From Microthyrium microscopicum (taxonomy: Eukaryota): DNA of 64,000 nt. Positions 24,746 to 37,511 of this stretch are shown here, in pieces. The stretch spans positions 3,894,884 through 3,958,883 of the forward strand of contig MU004231.1 in the NCBI GenBank assembly GCA_010405405.1, in the 5' to 3' direction. The stretch's first letter is position 1, and every line of letters starts with the position of its first letter. A model generated the notes under the pieces. The model was not told the origin of the DNA. It made no database searches and was given only the letters and a program-made list of their open reading frames with translations. Both the position numbers and the translations under genes were made by a program.

Positions 24746-26405
24746 ATGGAATCCCTCTCTAGCGATGGATCGTACTCACCCTACGCGAAAACGTCCCGAG
24801 ACCAACCTAATCCCTTGCGCCCATACTACAACCCACCTTCCATAGGCATCGCGCCTACTCAATCGCCATCCGGAGCCGCATCTTCTCCTTCGGGGCACTC
24901 GGTTCCTCCTTTACCTCCTCGGGATGCACCATCAAACAGCACCAATCGTGATTTTAGAGAGCTTTTCTCCGATTTGGACTATGGCGACTATCTACCGGAT
25001 GCGTCACCTTCGGTCGCAGAGCTCGCCAAACGTCTGATGGATCAGGCGATATGGAATTATACTTCAGTTCTGCTAGCCCAACCCTTTGAAGTTGCCAAAG
25101 TAGTCTTGCAGTGCTACGATGCCGGATCAGCTGTTCAAGAGAATGGGCCACAAGTGGAAAGGAGCTCATACATGTCTGCCCACGACTTCAACCATTCAGA
25201 CTCGGATTCAGATTCGGATACCCCCTCTTACTTTATGCCAACTTCGCCAGAAGAAACACCTTCTCACAGAGCATCCAAGCGCATGAACCTTTCAAGACTA
25301 CAATCTACCGCATCGCAAGCTGCATCATCGCCTCCTCAATCCCTCACTACAATGCGTCTCAAAAAAGCAGACTCAGTACTGGAAGTGATTGCTCTATTAT
25401 GGGGCAAGGAGGGAGCAACTGGTGTTTGGAAAGGAACAAATTCCACGTTCATTTATGGTGTTCTTCTAAAGACAATTGAGACATGGACGAGAAGTTGTCT
25501 TTCGGCAATTCTGGACATTCCAGATCCTTCACTCGTCAACGCATCTATCGTAAATGTCATTGGGCCTACTATTCTGGATTCACCCAGTCCAATAGCAAGC
25601 TTAAGCGTTATTGTCGCTTCGGCTGCAATTGCAGGATGCCTTTTGGCTCCTGTTGATATGGTTCGCACTCGGTATGTCTCCTACTTTTCACAGCTTACTA
25701 CTCGTGCTAATAATAATAAGCTTAATACTAACCCCTACATCATCCACACCACGAGCTCTACTGCCCTCTCTTCGAGCTCTTCCAAGTCTATCTTGTCCAC
25801 CTACCATCCTCTCAATAACCGTTCTGCATTCAACAATCCCCACTCTGCTCAGCACTTCACTTCCTCTGTTCATACGCAACTGGTTACGAATCGATCCAAT
25901 TCATACCCCAAGCACCTACTCCGTCACCGCATTTCTCATCTCGTTATGCGAACTCTTTGTAAAACTACCGCTCGAAACTGTCCTACGGCGCGGCCACATC
26001 GCCGTCCTCAACGCACCACCACCATCTCTCTCTAACAGCAAACGACCATCCCTCCTACCCATTCACACAACCGGTCTCCATACGCAAAAGTTCAAACCCA
26101 TTGTCGCAACTGGTCCATATCGCGGTGTGCTCGGAAGCATCCTGTACATTATCTACGAAGAGGGTCATGTCAACCCCACATCACCTAGCATACCAACAAC
26201 ACCTTCGCGCGCATCATCCTCGCTTTCCAATCGCAGTCGGCACGCAGAGGCTCGTCATGCAGAGGCACGAAGGCAGCCAGCGCGTAAACGTGGCCAAGGA
26301 CTTCCAGGCCTTTGGCGCGGCTGGCGTGTAGGCTTCTGGGGGATTGTTGGGATGTATGCAGCTGCAGGACTGGGCGGAGGCGGACAGTCGGGAGGCGAAT
26401 TTTGA
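24746..26405 (+). CDS. UGO1: Mitochondrial fusion and transport protein Ugo1
   Basis: Exons 24746-25671 and 25721-26405. NPLRPYY, LAQPFEVAK, GVWKGTNSTF, LPLETVLRR, GLWRGWRVG. Confidence 0.9.
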
Positions 26406-27137
26406 TGAGTGTTTTGTTTTTATACCTATGATATACCTTGGGGCTTTGTTGATAGTTTAGATACCTATACCTCGGTCGCGATGGTGATGCAATGTTCATG
26501 ATCTCTTCTCTCGTAGAACCAGTGTTGATACGGACAAAGTCGGGCATTGATAGAAAGTTTGTGAACATTTTAAAAACCCTTGATCTTTAACATACATTAT
26601 CCAAGGCTGTAACAATTGAACTTGGAGTTCTACTGTAGGAAGATCAGTCTGGTCGGTTGAGCTATTTGATAGCCGGCCAATCGGAACTCGGCATCAGATT
26701 GCCAGCAAGCTCGACGCCAAGAGAAAGGTCACTTCGATAGCTACATAACATATTACTCGCAATTGAGCCTGCTGCGCGCAACTAGACGACTCAAAATTGA
26801 AGTCACGAGCTTTCCATAATCACATTGAGATCATTGAGGACTTGGACGCATGTATAACGCAGGACTTCAAAGTAAAAGAGCTCCGAAGAGTGTATAAACA
26901 TAGGAGATAAGATGTACTAGAAAGCCTTGTAGAGGTGATGAAAGCCATCGAATTTTTACTAGCTACGCCATCCTATACAAGTACACACCACCCAGTGCCC
27001 TACCGGCACTTTTCCCCAGTCAATTGTAGAGATGTCTAAACCCAAAGAAAATTTGACCTGATTGACGTTGAGTAACTTTAAACGTCTGGTTTCCGGTTTC
27101 CGAGAATAGTTTTTTGGAGGGATCGAGCGCCCAGCCT

Positions 27138-27797
<660 letters not shown>

Positions 27798-28192
27798 TTA
27801 TTAACCCGAGCTATTCCGGTTCGGATATTGGCCTCCTGTTTTCACGATTGACTTGCAATTCAATGTTCTATGTTTTTTTATATCTCTAGAATCTTGATGT
27901 TTAGGTATCCATAATATACATTTATGTATGGAAAGCGATAATAAATTATTCTCCCAGGCTAGCTGAGTAGGTGACGCGCTCCCATCAACGGTGATGGCCA
28001 CCATCATGTGCTCTAAACAGCAGTTGCTATAATTCCTATCGTATTCGATAAAATGCACTTTTGATGGGGATTGCAATCCTTGACAACTAAGCGTAGATGT
28101 TGACATACATACCTAGTGGTCGAATGGAGTACGCCACACATCCTGACCGCACGTCGGTAGAGTTTCTGAGGGGAGTCTACGTATCTATTGAT

Positions 28193-29212
28193 TCATGACA
28201 TGTTTCGACGCCATGCCTTTATTGCGAGTTCTTGTATCTCACTGACACCAATCGCCCCTTTTCTGCCCTCATCTTCAACTGCCTCTACAACCGCATCGGC
28301 CACATCATCCGCTTTCAGAGGCTTAGTACCACCAGCTCCCATGAGTGGAGTCAATCGACCTCCAACTGCACTGTTTATTGCCGCAGCTACTGATGTTGCT
28401 GCTGCGAGAGGCATTGTAAATGTCCGTGACGAATCATACATGAACGGCGCTCGGATGAATACGCTCCTTAGCTTTGGGAAGGCCGAGGATATTGTGGACT
28501 CAGCCGCGCGCTTCGTAGTTATGTATCGAGCTGGTAGTACTGGGGCACCCTCGGCAGCGGAGATATAGACATAGGCTGGGACTGATTTTGAGACGGCTTC
28601 TCGAGCTAGAAGGATTGCTGCTTCTGGTCAGCGAAACACCCAACTACATACTGGAGCTTGCCTACCTGAGTCGCGGTTCATCAACTCATAAGTCAGTTGG
28701 CCATCATGTTCTTTGGGTTCGGCCGGAGTGCCCTCTTCTTGCTCCAGCGGATTTGTGTCCGCTCCTTGCTTGGCGCCGAAAGCTCTTGATAGACCACTCC
28801 ATATCGACTCTTTGCCTTGTAACACACCTTTGTAGTCTGCTTCGAGCAGAATTCCCATCGAGTGGACTACTGCATCTGCTCCGTCGAGATCGGAGATGTA
28901 TGTCGCTGGTTGAAGTATGTTTGCCTTTTGCCATTTGACTTGCTGGCTCCAGCTAGGCTTCTCGGGGGAGGAGGTTACGGTTGACCATTTCGGCTCGCCA
29001 GAGCGACTGTTCCCAGCTGTCAATATCGATTTGCTAGCTGGGTAAATATGAACTTGCCTAATTGATGTGACGTCCCATCCACGACCTACAGCTGCTTTGC
29101 AGATGCGACTTCCTACTTGGATGAGCAATTGAGCTTAGATCAGATGCATTAACGTACCGAGAAACCCGTTACCACCACAAACAACGAGCTTCTTCTTGAC
29201 AACTTGGGCCAT
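28193..29212 (-). CDS. COQ11: Mitochondrial atypical SDR, NAD(P)-binding (YLR290C/Coq11 homologue)
   Basis: Exons 29212-29158, 29112-29058, 29006-28666, 28617-28193; intron 2 is GC-AG. GGNGFLG, SISRSGEP, VVHSMGILLEADYK, RYITTKREAE. Confidence 0.88.
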
Positions 29213-29423
29213 TGATGAATGCTACATGGTAGAGAGCGTAAAAGCCGAGTCGGCCTGAACCAAACTCTCATCGTCATGAAAGTGGAGCTTGGACCATCTC
29301 GAGTTGAGCCGCATTTAACCTTGAAGATCTCCCGTGGACCCTCCCACTCCTCCCAACACCATCAACATTTCATGGACATTCTTCCCCACTATCAAAGTCT
29401 ACTCAAACCTCAAATTGCACAAT

Positions 29424-30274
29424 ATGCCTACTCCTCAGCAAAACAAGAGAGTCAAAGGCAAGCGGATAACTCGTGCATTTGGTAAGCATACCCCGCATGT
29501 CTTGCGACAACGACTCTCAGCTAACAAGTCCTAGTGATCGGTACTGAAGCCTGGAAACTCACTGACGCGAATCGACCCCCAAAAATCAAAACCGGCGATA
29601 CTACAGGCTGGCGTGTCTACGTTCGACCTGTTCCCGGCGGGCCAGATTTGACTGCATGGCTCAAGAAAGTCGTCTTCGTTCTGCATGAAACTTTTCCAAA
29701 TCCCGTGCGAAACGTTGAGAACTTTCCCTTCGAGCTAGAGGAGTCTGGATATGGTGGATTCTGGATCGTAGTCAAACTCTACTTCCAACCAATCTCTGGG
29801 GAGAAGCAACAGCAACGACAACACTTTCTACAACTCGATGCTTACGGCGACGAGGGATTACAAGCGGAGCAAGCTAAAACGGGAATTGTGCGCAGCGAAA
29901 TTGTGGAGCACATCGAGTTCACAGAACCAACTGAAGCACTATGGGAGGCTCTGACTAGCGAGACTCAATGGGACTATCTCAATCCAAGATCTAAAGGGAA
30001 AAACCGAGGAGGCATCCCCATGAGCCTGCCTGGACCTGGTGAACGCACAGTTGAGCTTCCAGCGTCAGCGCCCGCGGGCAGTGTCTACAGCAGAGAAACC
30101 GAAGAAAATCTCCTCAAGATGATAAATACGGCAGGGAGGAAGACAGAAGTTGAGACGGCAGAAACACTTCGAAAGACTAAAGAAATCAATGAGCAGCAGC
30201 TCAGAGCAAAGGAAGGTATCGATGTGGACTCCAAGCTGCTTAGTTTGCACGACAAACTTCCAGCAAAGAAATAG
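29424..30274 (+). CDS. YAF9: YEATS-domain protein Yaf9 (NuA4/SWR1), divergent
   Basis: Exons 29424-29481 and 29535-30274. KRVKG N-terminus, WRVYV, LKKV.F.LHETF, GYGGF, F.EPTE, C-terminal coiled coil. Confidence 0.85.
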
Positions 30275-30749
30275 AACGGCAGGCGGAAGAAAGATAGCCC
30301 TCCCTGGAATTTAGACTAAGATACCCAATTCATTGACTATTACATATTCACTCAGATGAAAGCTAAAACTCCGGACGTGGTACTAAAGTGATCAAGATAG
30401 CGATGGCAGGTACTACACTGGTACAGGTTATCAATGTTTGGAGGAAAGTCACCTGGCTGTACTCTACCTCTCTCTTGTGCTTGTGATTGTGTCAGTCAGC
30501 AGCCTACGTACCTTATAGGAGCTTTAAAACCTTTGGGTTGCTCAACTTGTTCCCTTTATTTACACACGCGCAAAACTTCCTAAATTCCGGTATTATTTAT
30601 TATTTGCACCTTCCGCACCCCCATCAATCAACATCATCAACCTCATCAACCTCGGCTGCCCTAGCGTCTCCAAGCTTCAACTTTCCAAGCATATTGACCA
30701 AAACCCAGCAACTACAGCATACTATTTGTTGGGTGAAAAGAAAGGCGAG

Positions 30750-32162
30750 ATGGGTAGGCCTATTGAAGAATTCAAGCGTCGCCTAGACCAGGCTACGGCA
30801 AGCAGTGGTCCTGATAACCTTGCTGGGACTGTTGTCATCGCAGCTACCGCCTCTGGTAAGATACTGCTCCGTTGCTTGACTCTTCACCCTTTTAATATTC
30901 GTATCAGGCGAAATTCTTCAAAAGGTGGAGTCTGGCACTTTTCTTCCACATCTCAAGAACCCAAAGCGCACAATAGACAAGTCCCGCCAAAACTTCTCTG
31001 CCGACACCGTTTGCTGGATTGCATCATGCACGAAACTCATGACCACCATTGCAGTCATGCAACAAGTAGATCGCGGCGTGCTGAAGCTGGATGACGATGT
31101 CACTCAGACCTGGCTTCCCGAGTTCAAAGACTACGACGTCTTGGTTAGAGGCCAAAACGACGGAGGCGAGAACCCAAAACCCACTACCAAAAAAATGAAG
31201 AACAGAATGACTCTACGGTATGTCACTATGCCAATCGCTTCCAATGTAGTTTATGTACTAATTGGTAAAGAAACCTTCTCAGCCATACCTCCGGGATCGC
31301 CTACGAATTCACTCAAATGGCCATCCAAAATTGGCGACAGTGGTCAGTCTCTACCCCAGAGGGCAAAGCAAATGCTCGCTCGCCAGACATCGCCCGTGCC
31401 ATGAAAGTACCCTTATACTTTGAACCATCAGAAGGTTGGGTCTACGGCTACGGAATCGACTGGGCAGGTCTAGCGCTCATGCGCGCCACCGGTAAAAACC
31501 TCGAAGAGCTGTTTTCAGAAAACATCTGGAAGCCACTCGGCATGACATCAACCACCTTCAGCGTGAAAGACCATCGTCCAGACTTGCTTGACCGCTTGAC
31601 GGCCATGAACATCCGCAATGGCGAAGGCGGACTCGACAATGCAGACAACGATCCAGTGTCACGCAGCATTGAGCGGGTTAAATATGGTGGTGGTGGGGGC
31701 TGCTATAGCACTGCAAACGACTATATCAAGCTCGTGGTGTCGCTGCTAAACACTGCTACTGGCCATTCTAGTGATGTGCCACAGCTGTTGAAGACGGCAA
31801 CAGTAAACGAGATGCTGACGGGTCAGCTTAGTGAGAAAGGTCTGGTTAATATCCACCGAATCACTGCCAACCCCATCGCATATGGTCTTGCTGGCAACCT
31901 GCCACCGTCGGTCAAGAAGGACTATGGTTTGGGTGGTATCCTGAACTTGACGGAAGTTCCGGCTACAGGACGCAAAGCAGGTGCTATTCAGTGGAGCGGC
32001 TTGCCAAATCTATTTTGGTGGGTTAGTCCTGCAGACGGAGTCGCGGGCTGCTACTTCACTCAAGTCTTGCCCCCTGGTGATAAGCCTAATGTCAAGATGT
32101 ACGAAGAGTTTGAGAAAGCTGTACTGGAAGAGCAGAAGCTTAGTCGGAAGGGTAAGCTTTGA
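30750..32162 (+). CDS. Beta-lactamase-fold serine hydrolase / LovD-like acyltransferase
   Basis: Exons 30750-30855, 30908-31217, 31271-32162. ASCTK (SxxK), LLSHTSG, WVYGYGIDW, WSGLPN. Confidence 0.9.
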
Positions 32163-32445
32163 GTGGTCTTGAGGCATGAACTTGGGGTGGATATAAAGTC
32201 TGGTGATTTTTTTTCATGAAAATGTATGATTACGTTGCGTGGGCAATAATTGTTCAGTTATATAGTAGATATTTATGGTACTGCGACTATACCATTGTTC
32301 CAATAGTAAACTTGAATTTGCCGCATTAGCTCTCCTTTGGTTCTGTCTCTACAGAACGGACAAACTCACCCGTCTACGAGCTTTCGAAATCGAATCTAGA
32401 TATGGTCTGAAAGAAAAACCCGTCGAACCCGGACAACATCATATC

Positions 32446-32934
32446 TCAATTCGAGTAGTCCATGTGCGTACGACAAGGCACAGCTGTGTGTCGACTTCCA
32501 CGTTCAAGCTCTAGAATGAAGCGATTATGGGATCTCATGAAACTCTGATCCATTGACGTATATTTTGGGTTTGGTTTGCCGCCCGATCTAGGATTCTCAG
32601 ATCGCTTCATTGTCTTTTCTTTGAAGTAATTGAGAGCCTCCATAAACGCTTCTGGATTCTTCCGATAATCTTCCTCAGTGATAGCAGAGCCCTTGACCAT
32701 TTGCGTCCATTTTGGTGGGAAGCCAACGAAAGCATCACTAAAATGCTGAGAAACGTCCCTAGTGTCCTCTTCAAATCCTCCTAGGCTTGAGATGTCGTGC
32801 CTTGCACTTTCTGGTTTTGAAATAGCTGGCTTTGGGTGAAGTTCTGCTTTTCGACGCGCGACTTCTTGCTCGTCGGAGCTCCTTGGTGCGGAACATGATC
32901 TTGGGCTTGACTTTAAGAATCGGCCGAGAAACAT
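32446..32934 (-). CDS. Stand-alone PAK (Cla4-like) PBD/autoinhibitory-domain protein with no kinase domain
   Basis: 162 aa ORF containing ISKPESARH...AFVGFPPKWTQMVKGSAITEEDYRKNPEAFMEALNYF...KRSENP. Confidence 0.7.
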   Translation of the reverse strand: MFLGRFLKSSPRSCSAPRSSDEQEVARRKAELHPKPAISKPESARHDISSLGGFEEDTRDVSQHFSDAFVGFPPKWTQMVKGSAITEEDYRKNPEAFMEALNYFKEKTMKRSENPRSGGKPNPKYTSMDQSFMRSHNRFILELERGSRHTAVPCRTHMDYSN

Positions 32935-33649
32935 CGTCGGTATAGCAGCAGCGTGATGGTGATAGCGTGCTCAGAATCTAACCAGTGGGCAAGAAATGTG
33001 GAAGTGGTTCAGGACTATTCTGGAGTGCCAGCGACAAGAGAAGTCTGCATTGGCCTACAAGTCAAAAGTGGAAGTAATGGGTTGACAGGAGGTTGGCCAA
33101 GACCTCCTTTCAGACAGAGGCTGTGCCTTTTGCAACCATGTTGACAGGCTGGCTCATCTCCATGGACTGATCTGGCTTGAGAGCTCCGAAAGATTGGACA
33201 CCACTGAATGCTTTTGCCATTCAAAGTCAATGATTTGCCTTGTACAAGTCTATCATAGATTCATGCAGTGCAACTCTCGCCTACCTAGGTATATATAATA
33301 ACACCAAAAACTGTATATGTTATCAGGCTGAGAATCCAGCCTAATCCTTGCTCTATCACCAACCCCTTGTCTTAAGCTCACGGTTCTGGATATCCTAGTC
33401 AATTCCAATCAACAAGCCAATCAACAAGGAAAGCAAAACAAGGTTGTATGCAACTTGACGTAGTTGAGCAACCTTTCGAAAAGTTACAGAAATCAAGAAA
33501 CTCTCGTGAAGGGTTCACGATTCTAATAAAAGCCTGGATCCTTCAAGAATTTGCAGGTACATACATCTATCAAAAAGCCCAAAATTACACACAACATCTT
33601 GTTCACAACAAACATACCACATATCAGACCGATCTACAACAAAGCCGAT

Positions 33650-34018
33650 ATGTCTGACGCCGTTCCCGTTCTTTTCACCATCAACGGCTCCTCCCGCCAC
33701 GAAGTCATTCTTCTTTCACCTACCCACGCCACTCTCGATGGCGTCGCCGCTGAAATTGCCCAACTTGCGAGCTCCTCGCCCAACTGCGCAGAGTTCATGG
33801 GCAAGTACAAGAAGAAGGGCGAAGACGGAGCAGAAGAGGAGGTCGAGGAGATCAGTGTGAAATGGAATGGACAAAGCCATGATCCCAAGATCTTTCCAGC
33901 AAGCACGTTGGTGACGAAAGACAACTTTGCGGCGATCATCAAGATGATTGGCGTGTCTGGTGTGGGGAGGGATACGTTACAGGTTAAGATGGGTCATGGG
34001 AATGCTGAGAAGAAGTAG
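33650..34018 (+). CDS. Small hypothetical protein (122 aa)
   Basis: ATG 33650, coding-like codon usage, globular-looking sequence; no family recognised. Confidence 0.65.
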   Translation: MSDAVPVLFTINGSSRHEVILLSPTHATLDGVAAEIAQLASSSPNCAEFMGKYKKKGEDGAEEEVEEISVKWNGQSHDPKIFPASTLVTKDNFAAIIKMIGVSGVGRDTLQVKMGHGNAEKK

Positions 34019-34365
34019 GGACAGATAGGAGGAAGGGATGGTATGAGCGGACTAAGGAGTTGGAATAAGTGTGTTATTAGTCTGTATTGATTGAATCACG
34101 ATTTCACTACTGCTTACTCATACTTGCAACAGGCTTGGGAGATAGTGATGTGGTAACAATATTTTGACTGACATTATACTGATGCCCAATACGAATACCA
34201 GAAGAAGGCTGTTGCCAACTATCTCCAACTAAACCCACTTCTCAGCAGGCCGATTACCGAAGATCAGAATCTATAGAAACTCTAGCGAACCATGCAAAAC
34301 AAATCATTCCTCCTCCAACGCCAAAGCTTTCCCAGTTGAACTATTGACATGCGTCGTCGTTTCAC

Positions 34366-35874
34366 CTACTGCAGCTCAAAAACATGCTGTCCATTCGCCT
34401 GTCTGGGCGCAGCATATGTAGTTCCTAGCTCGACTGGTGCAGGCGCGCCATTTGGTGGCCCGTTTGGTGCGCCGGCCTGGTGTTGAACTGGAACTGCAGC
34501 GTTCATGCCCGGGCTGGGCGGGAAGTTTTGATGTTGAACTGCGTTACCACCAGCTTCATACACGCCCGGAGGTGGGCTTTGCGCGGGTGATGGATGCGAC
34601 ATGGCAGGTGATGGGACAACACCGGCATTCGGCATTGGCGGTGATTGCGCTGGATTATATGCTGGAGCAGGCGAGTTAGGGATGCTGCTAACCACCGACA
34701 TGCGTGGGTCGAATTTGGCGTCCTTGGTCATCATTCCACCCTGCGGTGCGAAGTAGCCATTGTTCTGGCCATAACCTTGTTGTTGCTGGTTAGGATCGTA
34801 GCCCGGTTGACCCATCATGGGTGGTTGAACCATCTGAGGCACGCCATGTTGTGCCATGTTTGCATTAGGCGCATTGTTTTTGGCATTCCGCTTCTTGATG
34901 CAGAGGAAGATGACGGCGAAGACAGCAGCGCCAATGATCACAAGGCCGCCAATAATGCCTCCGACGATGGCGCCAACGCTGACCCCGTTCTTCTTTACTA
35001 TTGTGCCGTTGTTGGACGAGTTGGAGTTGGAGCTGGAGCCGGCGTTTGATGCAGTACCCGTGGCGCTGGCCACTGCTGATGAAGCAAAGCCTGCCGCGTT
35101 GTTCAAGCCATTGGTGCTCAGAATTAATGCGGCACTGGAACTTTTGGCCCCGGATGCTGTTGCAGCGCCAGCTCCGCTATCATACAGCGGACTCCAAGAA
35201 CGACCATCAACTTCTCCCGCGAAGGTTGTTTGGAACGTTGCGAAGGAGGCCGAGTATGTTGCGGCGCAGGAGTAGAATCCCATAGTCATGCCAGGAACGA
35301 GGAAGGAGTAGCAGTAGGGTTTTGTAGCGGCCGTGCTGTTTCAGTCAGAAAAGTTCCGATTTCGACCAATTCGCGGTACATACCACTTGATGGTGTTTAC
35401 GTCTGCTTGACAAGCAGCACCGCATAGCGAAGAAGAATAATAGCCAACACTACCGACACAATTTCCTTGGAATTGGCATGTTCCTGCAGCAGGATCGCAA
35501 CATCCTACGCTTGCGACACCTATTGTTATTGTTAGCGTTCAGCTCGTGCTATCATAACTATCTCGTAGATCGGCAAGCGTGGACTACGTACCGGCGACCA
35601 CCACCGCAGCACACAATTCGGTTGAATCGCAAGTCTTTGAAGATGCTTTGATGCCACTCACGTAACCGCAAGTATTATCAGGAGCATAATAGCCTAGTAA
35701 TGACCCAGACCCCGCTGCGCGCTTTAGGATATCAGGAACCATGGGCGCCGCCGTTGGAACCGGACTGAATCCCATAGCATTGGCGATATTATCTGTTGGT
35801 AGAGGAAGGGGAGCATTGAGAGCTTCCACCACCACTCCTCCGAAGGCAACGAGCCCAAAGAAAAGTTTGGTCAT
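34366..35874 (-). CDS. Type I membrane protein: signal peptide, Cys-rich ectodomain, S/A stalk, TM helix, Pro/Gln-rich tail
   Basis: Exons 35874-35592, 35519-35384, 35335-34366. DNTCGYVSG..GCCD..CGAAC..KCT..PYC; TM GAIVGGIIGG...CIKKR. Confidence 0.85.
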
Positions 35875-37511
35875 GTTCAGAACCTCACTTTTCCAAAACT
35901 ACTAACGAATGTGTATTTGAGCGACAGAATGTTGAAGAACGAGCGTGTATTGAACGAGAGACTAGAAGGAGAAAACACCAAAAGCAGAACCGAAAGAGTC
36001 AAAGACAGCCTGACCAGCACCACGAAGGATAAATACAACGGCCACACAATTGACTCCCCGTACCTGAATGAGGCTGAGTTCGCGCCTGGGCGCGCCATCG
36101 CTGGGCTCTCGTGTACAGCAAAAGTTGAGGGTAGGAGGTGCTCGAAAAGGGAAGGCAAATGGCTTTGTCTGGTCGAGGCGTTGGACGGAAAAACAAAGCA
36201 AGCAACTCTAGACGTGCAGCTGCAGGAACAGAAAAGCCCAAGTCTTTGGAAAGTGCACAATGGGGGAAAGGAGGCTGATTTCAGGGTGTATGATAGGTGC
36301 AGAGGTCGTCTAAGGGTCAAGCCAAAAGCTGTAGCGTGGTTGAATGGATGCCACTAAACCCCATATAGAATCAATATCAGGAGCTGGAAATTAGAAATTG
36401 GCGAGTTTGTGTCCGCACCGAACCTTCAACCGTCTGCGCCAAGTCGAGGGATTTGACCGACTCCGTGGAGGCTCGGTGAAGACAATCTAGCAGTTTGCTT
36501 TTTCCAGAATCCAGACTCAGCTGAGAATCAGTGTTGTGTGAAACCATTACACCAATCCGAGTTCACCTACCAATGCATAACCTTTGTACCATTGTGACAC
36601 GAAAATAAAAGTACTTCGGGATTTTCCTTGCACAGGTTTCTTTCTGTGTCGATCGGTCGGATCAAGTCTTAGGTACCGCACTCATATCTTGTCTGTATTC
36701 TCTAGCTCCTATCCATGAGACAAGATGAATGACATTCTCCGTCCTACCTGTTATTAACGCGCTGATTTGAAGATGTCGAATATTACAATGCAATCGATGG
36801 TTCTAAAAGATTTAGACTTCTCTCAAGGAAACGAAACCGTCGATGGAAAGCGTGTTGTATACTGGACATGAACTCAGTCGAATCTTACTGTGTTCACTGC
36901 TGCTGCAACTATCTCGTCTATCTATACTCTTCATTGCTACAGTACCTAGCCTTCCTGAACAAGAATTGCCCCTTTGGCTCGGTCTGTCATAGCCATCGAA
37001 AACTATGCCAACGGCGTCAGCAACAGTACCGACAGGAAAGAGGCTTCGAAGCTTGTGGTCAATTGCCAATTCGACGGAGACGACCTTACCTCTAAATCTT
37101 ACAGAGCTCCGGTTGAACTGTTAGTTCGCAATGGAGAGGGACAACCCAAAACAAATATAATTGACAAGATGATAACTCATTGACTCGATATGCCAACCAC
37201 GAGCAGTTATAGGGTACACAATTCGAACAGCGAAACTGCAGCAGAGTCTTGGTCCAAAGCTTGACTCTAACCGAGTTGCTTTTCAACCCTATTCTTCCTA
37301 TACCATATGATTTATTGTCTATGCAAGCTTGTTTCGCACAGTTTAAACAAGAACTGACCATAGATGACCAATTGTACACTATTAAGACTTGAGTTAACAA
37401 TCGTCCTAAGCAGTCCGAGCAACCAAACTCGAATTCTTGCGACATGGAGGAGAATAAGATGACCATATTCTTCAAAGTTCTGCTACAACAAAGTTTTCAA
37501 AATTACTAGCA

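Noticed and set aside
36726..37475. Short ORFs upstream of the ferric reductase
   Set aside because: No coherent gene model.
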